Source: an uncultured cyanobacterium (GTDB lineage Bacteria; Cyanobacteriota; Cyanobacteriia; PCC-9006; JAAUQQ01). From it: DNA of 64,000 nucleotides. The stretch is taken from assembly GCA_963718615.1 (NCBI GenBank), contig OY970368.1:1824001-1888000 (forward strand), given 5' to 3'. Under the pieces are notes generated by a model. The model had not been told where the DNA came from. It worked only from the letters and a program-made list of their open reading frames with translations, and searched no databases. This document shows positions 30,155 through 39,655 of this stretch, piece after piece. Both the position numbers and the translations under genes were made by a program. Every line of letters starts with the position of its first letter. The stretch's first letter is position 1.

Positions 30155-30718
30155 CTAATCCTTTAACCAATCAAAGATTTCTCCCACCGTTAGCTGTACC
30201 GTCTGGGCAAACTCCGGTACCGGCAACACCGCATCTGTGGCATCAAAGATCTGCACCGAGTGGTCGGAACCATACACAAAAATGCAGGTCTCCGCTGGAT
30301 CCAGCAGCCAGCCCATCTCGGTGCCATGGGCAATGCAGTGGAGGATATTACGAATCACCTTGGTTTGGCTCTGTCTGGGCGACAGAATCTCTATGACCCA
30401 ATCTGGATGCAGCTCAAACGCATTCGCAATCTCCCCATTGGCATCCCGAGGAATTCGCTCCGTGCGAAAAACCGACACATCCGGCACAATTGAGCGTCCA
30501 CCAAACGTACAGCGTAGCTCAGGAAAGGCTTGCGCCGTCCGCTGGGGCCTAAAGGCTGTGGTTAGGACAAAACTCAACTCGCGCTGAAGCAGGCTGTGCT
30601 TTCCTTGGGGCATGGGTTTCTGGATAATTTCTCCATCGATGTATTCGCTGGCGGGCTTGGTTTCTGGCAATTTCAGAAATGCTTCTAGCGTTAACGGTTT
30701 GGGGGGCGCTTGAACCAT
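30155..30718 (-). CDS. Uma2-family endonuclease
   Basis: ETKPASEYIDG, IVPD and PDWVIEILSP. Confidence 0.92.
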   Translation of the reverse strand: MVQAPPKPLTLEAFLKLPETKPASEYIDGEIIQKPMPQGKHSLLQRELSFVLTTAFRPQRTAQAFPELRCTFGGRSIVPDVSVFRTERIPRDANGEIANAFELHPDWVIEILSPRQSQTKVIRNILHCIAHGTEMGWLLDPAETCIFVYGSDHSVQIFDATDAVLPVPEFAQTVQLTVGEIFDWLKD

Positions 30719-30909
30719 GCTGGGAAAAGGGGTTGAGCCTGTACCGATACAATCTATGGTAACGCGATTGCTGAGTCACACCGCTACCCTCTGGCACAGG
30801 CGATAAACCCCGATGATGGACATCCGATGCCGAGAGACACCGTATAAAGAGAGAAATCCAGCCTGTTTGGGTACCTTGAGGGTGCATTTACCTTCATCTC
30901 CAGCCCACC

Positions 30910-32559
30910 ATGACCGATTTCGCTCTCGTTATCGCTGGAGCTGTTGCTGGCCTGTGGATTGGCGTCTTACCGGGCTATGCCTTTCCTGCTGAGCAAACGG
31001 CACATCCTTTGAGTCCAGAGGAGCCTAGCTTAGATAGTCTTGGCCAGATTACCGCTGTTGAACAGCTTCGGGATGTTCAACCCACAGATTGGGCCTATCA
31101 GGCGGCCAAACAGCTCGTCGAACGTCACAATTGTCTTGCTGGATATCCGGGGGGATTATGGCGGGGCGATCGCCCCCTCTCCCGTTACGAATTTGCCGCT
31201 GGTATCAACGCCTGCCTTGAACAGCTCACCTTAGCCGTAGACACTGCTGCCCTGTCTGGGGTTGAAAAAAACGATTTAGACATTTTGCAACGGCTAAACG
31301 AGCAGTTTGTGGCAGAATTGCGGGAGGTGCGATCGCATCTCCCTCCCCTCGAACAGCGAACTGAAACCCTAGCCACCCAAGAATTTTCGACCACGACAAA
31401 GCTCTTTGGCCAAGCTGTGATCGGTCTGCGCGGGTCCAACAACAACGGGGTCGATTTATTTCCCCAGGATGGCATCCCCGAACGCCGGGGCAGCGGCACG
31501 GTTACCCTGGGCGGTGAAGCAGAACTGACGCTGGCCACCTCGTTTACGGGCCAGGATTTGCTCCTAACCACACTTAAAACCGGCAACCTTAGCGCTTCCG
31601 CCCCAACCCAGTTCACCAACATGGGCCGCCTCGCCACTGAAACCGATCTAGACAACCGCTGGGTGTTGGGAGATCTGTCCTATCGCTTTGCCGCGACGCC
31701 GAACCTGGGCCTAATCGTCGGGCCTCTAGGGGTCAATCCGGTGAATACGTTTCGGGGGCTTAATCCCCTAGAAGACAGCGGCAACGGCGCGCTCTCGCTC
31801 CTCGCACAGCGCAATCCCGTGCTTTCCGTGGGAAATGGCACAGGTGGGATCGGCTTTGACTGGCAAATGACTTCGGCCCTGAGTCTACAAGGGATTTATA
31901 GCGCTGAGTTGCCCAGTCTCACCCGCACTCAGGCTGGCCGATCCGCTGGACTCATTGGGGGGCGATACGCGACGGGGTTGCAACTGGCAGCGGGGTTGGG
32001 CGAAAAGCTGGATGCAGGTGTTCACTATCTCTATTCCGCTAGTCCTGATGGATTTCTCGGCAATGGTGTGGGTGACAACCAATTGCTTTCGCCCTTTGCA
32101 CCGGCAACGACTGGATTTACAACTGGATTTACAACCCATGCCGTTGGCGGTTCGCTAAACTGGCGCGTTACGCCTAGATGGACCGTAGGCGGGTGGGGCG
32201 GGTGGACGCGCTCAACGCCGACGCGCTTGTCCGGTGTGGTTGAAACGACGAATTGGATGGCCTATACGACGATTTCAGATGTATTTCAGTCAGGCGGGAT
32301 GGCCGGTTTGTTGGTTGGGCAACCGCCTCGCATTACGTCGAGTACCTTGCCGGCGGGATTTAATTTTCCAAAATTTAGCGACGGGGGAGAGGCCGGGGGA
32401 CGGGAAGGGCGATCGCTCCATCTCGAAACCTTTTACCGCGCTCCCATTACCCCTAATCTTAGCGTCACCCCAGGGCTAATTGTTGTTTTGAATCCCAACC
32501 ATAATCCGTCTAATGAAACGTTGGTTGTGGGTGCATTACGAACAACCTTGCGATTTTGA
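30910..32559 (+). CDS. Cyanobacterial SLH-domain outer-membrane porin (OprB/iron-uptake porin family)
   Basis: LRDVQPTDWAYQA..RYEFAAG SLH region, FSTTTKL and C-terminal LRTTLRF. Confidence 0.92.
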   Translation: MTDFALVIAGAVAGLWIGVLPGYAFPAEQTAHPLSPEEPSLDSLGQITAVEQLRDVQPTDWAYQAAKQLVERHNCLAGYPGGLWRGDRPLSRYEFAAGINACLEQLTLAVDTAALSGVEKNDLDILQRLNEQFVAELREVRSHLPPLEQRTETLATQEFSTTTKLFGQAVIGLRGSNNNGVDLFPQDGIPERRGSGTVTLGGEAELTLATSFTGQDLLLTTLKTGNLSASAPTQFTNMGRLATETDLDNRWVLGDLSYRFAATPNLGLIVGPLGVNPVNTFRGLNPLEDSGNGALSLLAQRNPVLSVGNGTGGIGFDWQMTSALSLQGIYSAELPSLTRTQAGRSAGLIGGRYATGLQLAAGLGEKLDAGVHYLYSASPDGFLGNGVGDNQLLSPFAPATTGFTTGFTTHAVGGSLNWRVTPRWTVGGWGGWTRSTPTRLSGVVETTNWMAYTTISDVFQSGGMAGLLVGQPPRITSSTLPAGFNFPKFSDGGEAGGREGRSLHLETFYRAPITPNLSVTPGLIVVLNPNHNPSNETLVVGALRTTLRF

Positions 32560-32609
32560 ATTGACGACATTTGAAATTACGAGAAATACACAACTTGAGT
32601 TTTGCGTTT

Positions 32610-33650
32610 ATGCGTTATTTAATATTCGGATTGTCCGTGGGATTTGGACTGGGACTGGGATTGGGATCGGGATTAGATCCGGCGATCGCCCAAATCACCC
32701 TCAACAGCAGCGGTATCGTCTCCGGTACCGTAGTCCCCCCCAGCAAAAACCCCAATTTTAATCGGGGAACTACGCGCATCAATACCAATGACCAAGGGCA
32801 ATACTTTCGCCAAGGGAACTGGGTTTATACCGCACCGGATCCCAACTTGGTACGGATGGATGCCAATGGCCAATATTTTGTTGATTTTCGCGGGATTCCT
32901 GTGGTTGGCATTGCCGGAAGTTTAACGTCCCCCATTTTGTCGGAGGGGGACTTGGTATCGCGCCAATGCTGTGATCATAACGGCCAAGTCTTGTTCTTTG
33001 GAACGATTCAGGATGAATTTGTTGTGCGGGGATTTTACGCCGGAATTGCGACAGATCCAAAGACGGGCCAGCAATATCAGGGCACCTTCGAATTTCGTGG
33101 CCAAGGCCCCCGCTACAGCGACAAAACCGGCGGCACCAGCCCCACCGTCTTTGATTTTCAATCCCACTACAACTTCCAAGCTGACCCCCAACTCCCCCCC
33201 CAACCCACCGTCTTCAGCCACACCTTTGAAGGGATGCCCGTCAAGCTCACCGTCATCATTCCCCAAGGACTAGACCCGATTTCGCCGCCCCCGGTTACCC
33301 CCCCTCCCGTTACCCCCCCTCCGGTAATACCTCCGGTAACGCCGCTAGTCACCCCCCCGCCAGTCACCCCTTCCCCAGTAACCGTAACCCCGCCTTCCCT
33401 CCCCCCAAGCCCCATCCTCACTCAACTTCCCCTCACCCCCACCCCCTCACCCCCCACCCCATCGCCTAACCTTCCCTTACCCACCCCCTCCTCATCTCCA
33501 CCCAACCCAACCCCCGAAATCAACGCTATCGTAGGAGCGATCGCGACAGAAAACAGCACCGCTATCAGCCGAGTTGTCCTCGAAGATCATGCCCATGGTC
33601 TTTCGCCCAGCAATCGCATCGGTCCCCGCAGTCGCGTCATGCTCTGGTAA
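32610..33650 (+). CDS. Hypothetical secreted protein with a long Pro/Thr-rich linker
   Basis: Signal-like N-terminus (AIA-Q), beta-rich domain, PPVT repeats, tail IGPRSRVMLW. Confidence 0.7.
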   Translation: MRYLIFGLSVGFGLGLGLGSGLDPAIAQITLNSSGIVSGTVVPPSKNPNFNRGTTRINTNDQGQYFRQGNWVYTAPDPNLVRMDANGQYFVDFRGIPVVGIAGSLTSPILSEGDLVSRQCCDHNGQVLFFGTIQDEFVVRGFYAGIATDPKTGQQYQGTFEFRGQGPRYSDKTGGTSPTVFDFQSHYNFQADPQLPPQPTVFSHTFEGMPVKLTVIIPQGLDPISPPPVTPPPVTPPPVIPPVTPLVTPPPVTPSPVTVTPPSLPPSPILTQLPLTPTPSPPTPSPNLPLPTPSSSPPNPTPEINAIVGAIATENSTAISRVVLEDHAHGLSPSNRIGPRSRVMLW

Positions 33651-33672
33651 TTTTCCCTATGTTCGATTTCGC

Positions 33673-34497
33673 ATGAATGCTTGGTTCACAGGTCCGCTTA
33701 CGGTTGAACGGTTGCAGGTGGCGATCGCAGATTTACCCCTGCGGCTGCGGGGGTTGCGCATTATCCAGCTCTCGGATTTTCATTACGATGGCGTGCAGTT
33801 GTCGTCGGAGATGCTGGAGGAGGCGATCGCGATCGCCAATCAACAATCCCCCGATCTAGTCTGTCTGACCGGGGACTATGTCACCACAGAGCCCGAACCC
33901 GCCTATCGGCTTGCCACTCAGCTCAAGGCCATCCGCAGCACCTATGGCACCTATGCCGTTTTGGGCAACCACGATTTGTTGCGTAGTCGCTCCAAGGCGG
34001 TGATTACCCAAGCGTTAACGCAAGCAGGGATTCGGGTGTTGTGGAATGAACGGGTTTATCCCGCTGGACCGGGCCTGGTGCTGGTGGGGTTGCCGGATTT
34101 TCGATCCCGTCGGTTCCATCCTGAAAAAGTCTTGGATGATCTGGATCCCCAAATGCCTCGGTTGGTGTTGAGTCATAATCCGGACAGCGCAGCGGTCCTC
34201 AAACGCTGGCGGGTGGATCTACAACTCTCGGGTCATACCCATGGGGGGCAAATCTGCATTCCTGGTATTGGTCCATTACCCAAAGTGATTATTAAGTCGA
34301 TGCAGCAGCTTCCCCACAAGGTTCAGCGACGGGTAAAACTGGTGCGATCGTTTTCGCGAATTTTGGACCATTGGGAATGGTCGGAAGGGTTTCATCGGGT
34401 AGGGCAGAATCAGTTGTATGTGAACCGAGGTCTGGGAACTTATCCACCTGGTCGTCTATTCTGTCCACCGGAAATTACAGTAATTACATTGATTTGA
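33673..34497 (+). CDS. Metallophosphoesterase (calcineurin-like, YkuE type)
   Basis: SDFH, TGDY, LGNHD, SHNPD and SGHTHGGQ. Confidence 0.92.
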   Translation: MNAWFTGPLTVERLQVAIADLPLRLRGLRIIQLSDFHYDGVQLSSEMLEEAIAIANQQSPDLVCLTGDYVTTEPEPAYRLATQLKAIRSTYGTYAVLGNHDLLRSRSKAVITQALTQAGIRVLWNERVYPAGPGLVLVGLPDFRSRRFHPEKVLDDLDPQMPRLVLSHNPDSAAVLKRWRVDLQLSGHTHGGQICIPGIGPLPKVIIKSMQQLPHKVQRRVKLVRSFSRILDHWEWSEGFHRVGQNQLYVNRGLGTYPPGRLFCPPEITVITLI

Positions 34498-34546
34498 GTC
34501 GGCTTCAAAGGACCCTAAAAAAGTCCTATATTCTAGGGATGTTGTT

Positions 34547-35362
34547 CTAGCTGACCAAACTGATTTTGCCGGTCTTTAGCTCATAGTAAGCCCCCACAAC
34601 TTTGAGTTGGCCTGTGCTGATAGCTTTAGCAATCACAGAGGAGTTTTTAAGTCGCTGTACTTGTAAGCGCACATTAGCTTTGATTGCGTTGGTGAGGCGA
34701 TCGCCCGATTCCTTTTCCGACGCTTTCACCGCCGGTTGAATTGCAAAAGCCAGCGATCCAATCACCCCTGGTAATTCACCTCCCTTCAAAGCCGCCGCCA
34801 CAGCGCCACAGCGCTCATGTCCCAAAACCATGAGTAATGGTGTTTGCAGCACACCGACTGCATATTCTTCACTGGCAATCTCTTCGGTAATGGCAATATT
34901 GCCTGCAACACGAACGACAAAAAGATCGCCAATCCCCTGGTCAAAAGCAATTTCTGGGACGACTCGCGAGTCTGCACAACTGAGAATGGCTGCAAAGGGA
35001 GCTTGTCCTTCGACCACTTCAGTCATGCGAGCCACATCTTGATGGGGATTGAGCCGTTTCCTGTCGACGAATCGCTGGTTTCCTGCCATCAGTTTTGCCA
35101 GGGCTTCATCAGGTGTTAACCCGTTTCCAGCCGAATTTCCAGCCGAAGTTTTGCTAGAACCAGCCGTAATGAGTGGGTCTGAGGCGGTGGGGGATGGCTG
35201 AGGTCCAAGGGGTTGAGCTAGGGCATCCGCGCCTAGCAAACCAGTGCCTAACCCACCATTACTCAACCCAGCGGTGAGGGAGCCGGTACCCACCAGCCCT
35301 GCAACGAGTTGCAACAGACTTCTACGCGACCAATGTTGCTGGTTTTGAGTGGGCTTGGTCAT
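34547..35362 (-). CDS. Beta-carbonic anhydrase with Tat signal (EcaB-like)
   Basis: SRRSLL twin-arginine motif; CADSR and GHERCGA zinc ligands. Confidence 0.92.
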   Translation of the reverse strand: MTKPTQNQQHWSRRSLLQLVAGLVGTGSLTAGLSNGGLGTGLLGADALAQPLGPQPSPTASDPLITAGSSKTSAGNSAGNGLTPDEALAKLMAGNQRFVDRKRLNPHQDVARMTEVVEGQAPFAAILSCADSRVVPEIAFDQGIGDLFVVRVAGNIAITEEIASEEYAVGVLQTPLLMVLGHERCGAVAAALKGGELPGVIGSLAFAIQPAVKASEKESGDRLTNAIKANVRLQVQRLKNSSVIAKAISTGQLKVVGAYYELKTGKISLVS

Positions 35363-35407
35363 GGCAAAGACAGTGGAGTTTTGGGCCAGAGTTTTGGCAA
35401 TGGCAAA

Positions 35408-36115
35408 CTACTTGGTCAAGCCGTGCTCCAACGCATACCGCACTAACTCCGTGCGACTATTTGTGCCCGTTTTAGAAAACAGCCGACTGACATACTTCTC
35501 GACGTTGCGCACACTGGTTTCCAGCTGCTTGGCAATTTCCTTATTCATCAGGCCCTGCGCTACCAGGTCCAACACACTCTTTTCGCGGGGGGTCAGGTCA
35601 ATTTGAATCGGCGGGGGGGTCGAAGCAATGCCCCCGCTCGATTGCCCCAACACGGCTCGACGAATTTCCTCAATTTGACGCGCGAGCTCCGCCAACTGCG
35701 GCGACGATTCCCCATCCCCTCGAACCGACTCCACGGTTACGGCCCGACGTTCCATCAGGTTCGTTACGATCGCCACCAACTCATCCGGGTCAAAGGGCTT
35801 GGCCAAATAGGCATCTGCGCCAGCACTGTAGCCCTGAATGCGATCGCTCGTCATCCCCCGTGCCGTCAAAAAAACCACGGGCAGAGCCTTGAAACGCTCA
35901 TCCCCCCGCATTTGCTGCAAAAACTGATAGCCGTCGACGCGAGGCATCATTACATCACTCACCACAAGGTCAGGCGTAAACTGCTGGAGTTTTTCCCATC
36001 CCTCTTCCGCATTGCTAGCCGCTTGAACCGTGAAACCACTGTCCTCTAGGTAGGCTTGAACGGCTTCGCGCATGCCGGGTTCATCGTCAACGAGGAGAAT
36101 ATGTCCTGACGCCAT
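35408..36115 (-). CDS. NarL/LuxR-family response regulator (Ycf29-like)
   Basis: Receiver domain plus LTPRE...GLMNKEIA..RNVEKYVSRLF HTH. Confidence 0.9.
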   Translation of the reverse strand: MASGHILLVDDEPGMREAVQAYLEDSGFTVQAASNAEEGWEKLQQFTPDLVVSDVMMPRVDGYQFLQQMRGDERFKALPVVFLTARGMTSDRIQGYSAGADAYLAKPFDPDELVAIVTNLMERRAVTVESVRGDGESSPQLAELARQIEEIRRAVLGQSSGGIASTPPPIQIDLTPREKSVLDLVAQGLMNKEIAKQLETSVRNVEKYVSRLFSKTGTNSRTELVRYALEHGLTK

Positions 36116-36203
36116 GGGCTTTCATCGATCGGAGTTGCTCTCTTCAGTGTAACGGGCGGTGTCCCCTGTGTCGGTTAAATCTCCAGAATCAACTGAAATT
36201 GGC

Positions 36204-36851
36204 TCAAATCAGCAGCGGCTGCGCTTCCACCGGATGAAAACCGTCTTCCCAGGGCCAGCGACAGTCTTTGTCCTGCCAAACCATCTGCAAGACGGGATAG
36301 TCTGTGCCGCTATTAAACCAGGTCGCCCAATGCATGTATTTTGTCTTGGCGTCGGGGACACAGATTTTGAATTGGAGTTCATAGCCCCCCGTGAGGGCTT
36401 CCTGGAGCGGAGTATCGGTTTGCGGCGGCTGCCCTATGGAAATTTGATCGGCGTAAAAATTCATCAGTTGGCTCGCGATCGGAGAAGGCAGACCCGTACA
36501 AATAATTTCGGGATGCCAAAACGTATGCCAAAGCCCCACCGAATAGGTAAAGGGAGGACCCGGATCTCGGGTATCGCGACTGGCAGCAACGCTCACCAAA
36601 TGACAATTGCGATCGCCATTCAGCACATCTAAAACAACCTGTTCTTCCGGCAAATGCTTGAGCGAGGCCAGTGCTGCATTCCAAACCCCTGGCGCAATTT
36701 CATGGCCATTGGCATCTTTAAACAACTCAACGGCTTTGACATATCCCCATTTCCTGAGGAAGTTGGTGAGGAGCGTCGTGGCGGGGTAGTAGTCTTTTTG
36801 AAGCAAACGCGATCGCAAGACTTCAATATTTTCTTGACGACTGGGATACAT
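36204..36851 (-). CDS. DUF4262-like protein
   Basis: PFTYSVGL..F.HPE....GL and LQMVWQD...RWPWE..F....QPLL. Confidence 0.75.
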   Translation of the reverse strand: MYPSRQENIEVLRSRLLQKDYYPATTLLTNFLRKWGYVKAVELFKDANGHEIAPGVWNAALASLKHLPEEQVVLDVLNGDRNCHLVSVAASRDTRDPGPPFTYSVGLWHTFWHPEIICTGLPSPIASQLMNFYADQISIGQPPQTDTPLQEALTGGYELQFKICVPDAKTKYMHWATWFNSGTDYPVLQMVWQDKDCRWPWEDGFHPVEAQPLLI

Positions 36852-36978
36852 CCTCGCTAACGTCCTTGGGATTTGAAAAGCGATGTTCTAAAGCGTAGAA
36901 TTCCCAGGTGCTGCCCGAATCCAACAGCCCTAGCCGATGAAGTCCAGTCCTCTGAGGCTACTGGCGTGACAAATTACA

Positions 36979-39639
36979 TCAAGCTTCTACCTGTACGGGT
37001 CGATTGATCAACGGGAGTTGTACCACAAATCGAGTCCATTGGTCCTGACTTTTGAGCTCTACGGTGCCATTGAGCCGCTCCGTGAGTTGCTTGACGAGGG
37101 CTAGTCCCAAACCTGTACCCCCATGTTGCCAAGGGTCATGGCTGGGAATTCGATAAAAGCGTTCAAAGACTCGATTCTGCTCTTCTTGAGAAATTTCAAC
37201 CCCTGTATTGATCACCTCAAAAACGATCGCCGTATAAGCAGTCTTATCCCTTGCAGAGGGCGTTAGCGTGACCCGAAAATCGATCGCACCGCCCTTAGGG
37301 GTGTATTTACAGGCGTTGGTCAAAAGTTCCGTGAGAATTCGTTCTAAATAGGTTACATCGGTATGGAGGGGAGGCAATGTATCAGGAATTTGGACCTGAA
37401 AACTGCGTTGATGTTGGATGCGTTCCCAATAGGGGTTGACCAATCGCATGAGCCATTTGTCAGGATAGGTGAGCTCACGGATTTTAAGCGGCTCGGCATC
37501 GATTTCTAGACGAGAGAGATCTAAAAGATTGTTAATGAGCTTGCTCTCCCGCTGACACTCATCTTTGAGAATCTCAAAATATCGCTGTACTGGCGAGCTT
37601 GACTCTGCCGATCCTTCCTGCAAAACCCCTTGCTTACGAAGGCCAATTTCTAACATTTGAATGGCCATTTTCATGTTGGCAATGGGCGTGCGCAACTCAT
37701 GGGAAACCGTACTTAAAAAATCGTCTTTTAGTTGATTGAGCCTTTCTAACTCATGGACTTGGGCCTGGGCCGCTTGGTATAGACGTGCTTGACGTAGGGC
37801 GATCGCACATTGATTCGCCACTTGCTGCACCAACCGAATTTCCTGGGCGCTAAAAACCTCAGCCGCCGGTTTGACCAACCACAGATCGCCCAACACCCCC
37901 TGATCGTCCTGCATGGGACAAGCGAGCATGGCCACCGGCCCTCGGCTGGGTTCCAACTCTAAACCGCAGTGCTGGAAATATTGGCCTGCCAATAGTTGGG
38001 GATAGCCTGCAAAATTCTTCATTTGCAAGACGTGACCCTGAAGCTGTTTGGCAAAGTGAGTATATTCGTATTGAACCGTTGAAGTTTGTTCTTCGAGATT
38101 GTAAATGGCGGCGTTGCAACCCCGGACGCCAGTGGCGATCGCCAACTCCTGCACAGCGGTTTGCAAAATTTGATCCTCTTCCAGACTATCCCGCACCTTT
38201 TCAGTCAGCCGTTTAAGCGTTTCCTCAAAGCCAAAGGATTGCCGCAGCGCCAAGGTTCGCTCTTCCACTTGGGTTTCTAGACTGGCAAAGGACTGACGTA
38301 GCTGTATCAACATCTGATTGAACGATCGCCCAACCGTGGCGACTTCTCGAATGAGACTAGATTGGGGAATCTGGTGATCCAACTGGCCCTGGGCGATCGC
38401 CTGACTGGCGAGACTTAAACGCAAAATGGGCCTTGCTAAACAGCGGGCTGTGATCAGACCTAGGGCGATCGCCCCCAAAAGCGCCACGCCGGAAAGCATC
38501 AACGTCTCCTGTTTGTTGCGATTGATTTGGGCCATGAAATCCTGTTCAGGCACCACCACTAAAATCAACCAGTCAATCCCTAGCTCATCCACACAGGGCA
38601 ACACCGTAACGAACAGGTGATGATTGCCCCCGGTGAGGGAATCCAAAAATGATAGCTCTCCAGTCCCAGAACCCGGCCCAGAAACCGGCCCTAGGCGAAA
38701 ACTCAGTTGCTGAGCCCTCACCTGGGAATAGCCACCAAATTCTGCTAGGAGTTGCTGCACCGTTTGTCGAATCAACGGATCTTGGGCCTGCTCGGCGGGC
38801 AGCCGTTCGAGCTTGGCAAACCGTCCCTGGAGACCTGTTCCGGGTCGGTAAATGGGTTGGGTGGCATTGGAAGACCCCACCAGGAGCCCCTGGCGATCGA
38901 CCACAAAAACTCCCCCGTTGGGACTAATATCCAAATTCCGCAGAAATTGACCCACCACCGATAGGGCAATCCCGCTGGAAACCACACCCAAAAGCTTGCG
39001 GTCAGCGCTATACACCGGCAGGCTGGCATTGAGGGAGAGATCGGGGCGATCGCCCGTTTGAAAAATGGGACTCCAAACCAAGCCTTCCGCCTCAACCGCG
39101 CTTTGATACCAAGGGGCCTGACGGATATCCGGGGCTGAAAAAATCTGGCGAGTGGCCTGAATGTCTCCCTGAGCATTGAGTGCATATTCCGTCACTTGGC
39201 TCGGGCTGATTTGGGGATCTCGGCTGAGTAAATTGAGCCCGTCTCGACGATTGACCGCCCGCATTTCCCCCTGGGCATTGGCAACCAAAATCCCGCTGAC
39301 GGTCTCAAACTGCCTCAACTCTTGGAACAGGTGGGGCTCAATGCCCGATAGGGGTTGAATCGAAAGCTGGCCGGAGGCGATCGCCTGGGCGTTGAGCCGA
39401 CTGACCAACAATGGCGTATCTAAATAGTCCTCAAGCTTGAGTTTAACGCGATGGCCCAGCTCGTTCTGTAGTCTAAAGGCCAGCTCATTGACAGCCCGCT
39501 GCCCATTGCGCCAGGACAGCCACCCCGTCACCCCCACGGCCAAGCAAATTTGCAAGACAAAGGGCACAACCAAAATGGCTTGCAACGGAATCCCGTTTAA
39601 CCGTCGAGCGAAAAAGCGAGGGACAAAAGGAGCAGCCAC
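36979..39639 (-). CDS. Sensor histidine kinase (Cache, HAMP, GAF, HisKA, HATPase)
   Basis: SHELRTP, NACKYT, FERFYR and GTGLGL; GAF segment ending QVANQCAIALRQARLY. Confidence 0.92.
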   Translation of the reverse strand: MAAPFVPRFFARRLNGIPLQAILVVPFVLQICLAVGVTGWLSWRNGQRAVNELAFRLQNELGHRVKLKLEDYLDTPLLVSRLNAQAIASGQLSIQPLSGIEPHLFQELRQFETVSGILVANAQGEMRAVNRRDGLNLLSRDPQISPSQVTEYALNAQGDIQATRQIFSAPDIRQAPWYQSAVEAEGLVWSPIFQTGDRPDLSLNASLPVYSADRKLLGVVSSGIALSVVGQFLRNLDISPNGGVFVVDRQGLLVGSSNATQPIYRPGTGLQGRFAKLERLPAEQAQDPLIRQTVQQLLAEFGGYSQVRAQQLSFRLGPVSGPGSGTGELSFLDSLTGGNHHLFVTVLPCVDELGIDWLILVVVPEQDFMAQINRNKQETLMLSGVALLGAIALGLITARCLARPILRLSLASQAIAQGQLDHQIPQSSLIREVATVGRSFNQMLIQLRQSFASLETQVEERTLALRQSFGFEETLKRLTEKVRDSLEEDQILQTAVQELAIATGVRGCNAAIYNLEEQTSTVQYEYTHFAKQLQGHVLQMKNFAGYPQLLAGQYFQHCGLELEPSRGPVAMLACPMQDDQGVLGDLWLVKPAAEVFSAQEIRLVQQVANQCAIALRQARLYQAAQAQVHELERLNQLKDDFLSTVSHELRTPIANMKMAIQMLEIGLRKQGVLQEGSAESSSPVQRYFEILKDECQRESKLINNLLDLSRLEIDAEPLKIRELTYPDKWLMRLVNPYWERIQHQRSFQVQIPDTLPPLHTDVTYLERILTELLTNACKYTPKGGAIDFRVTLTPSARDKTAYTAIVFEVINTGVEISQEEQNRVFERFYRIPSHDPWQHGGTGLGLALVKQLTERLNGTVELKSQDQWTRFVVQLPLINRPVQVEA

Positions 39640-39655
39640 GGTAGATGCAAGTGTC

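Noticed and set aside
37780-38220. GAF domain as a cyanobacteriochrome photoreceptor
   Set aside because: The bilin-binding Asp motif and CH motif are not recognisable.
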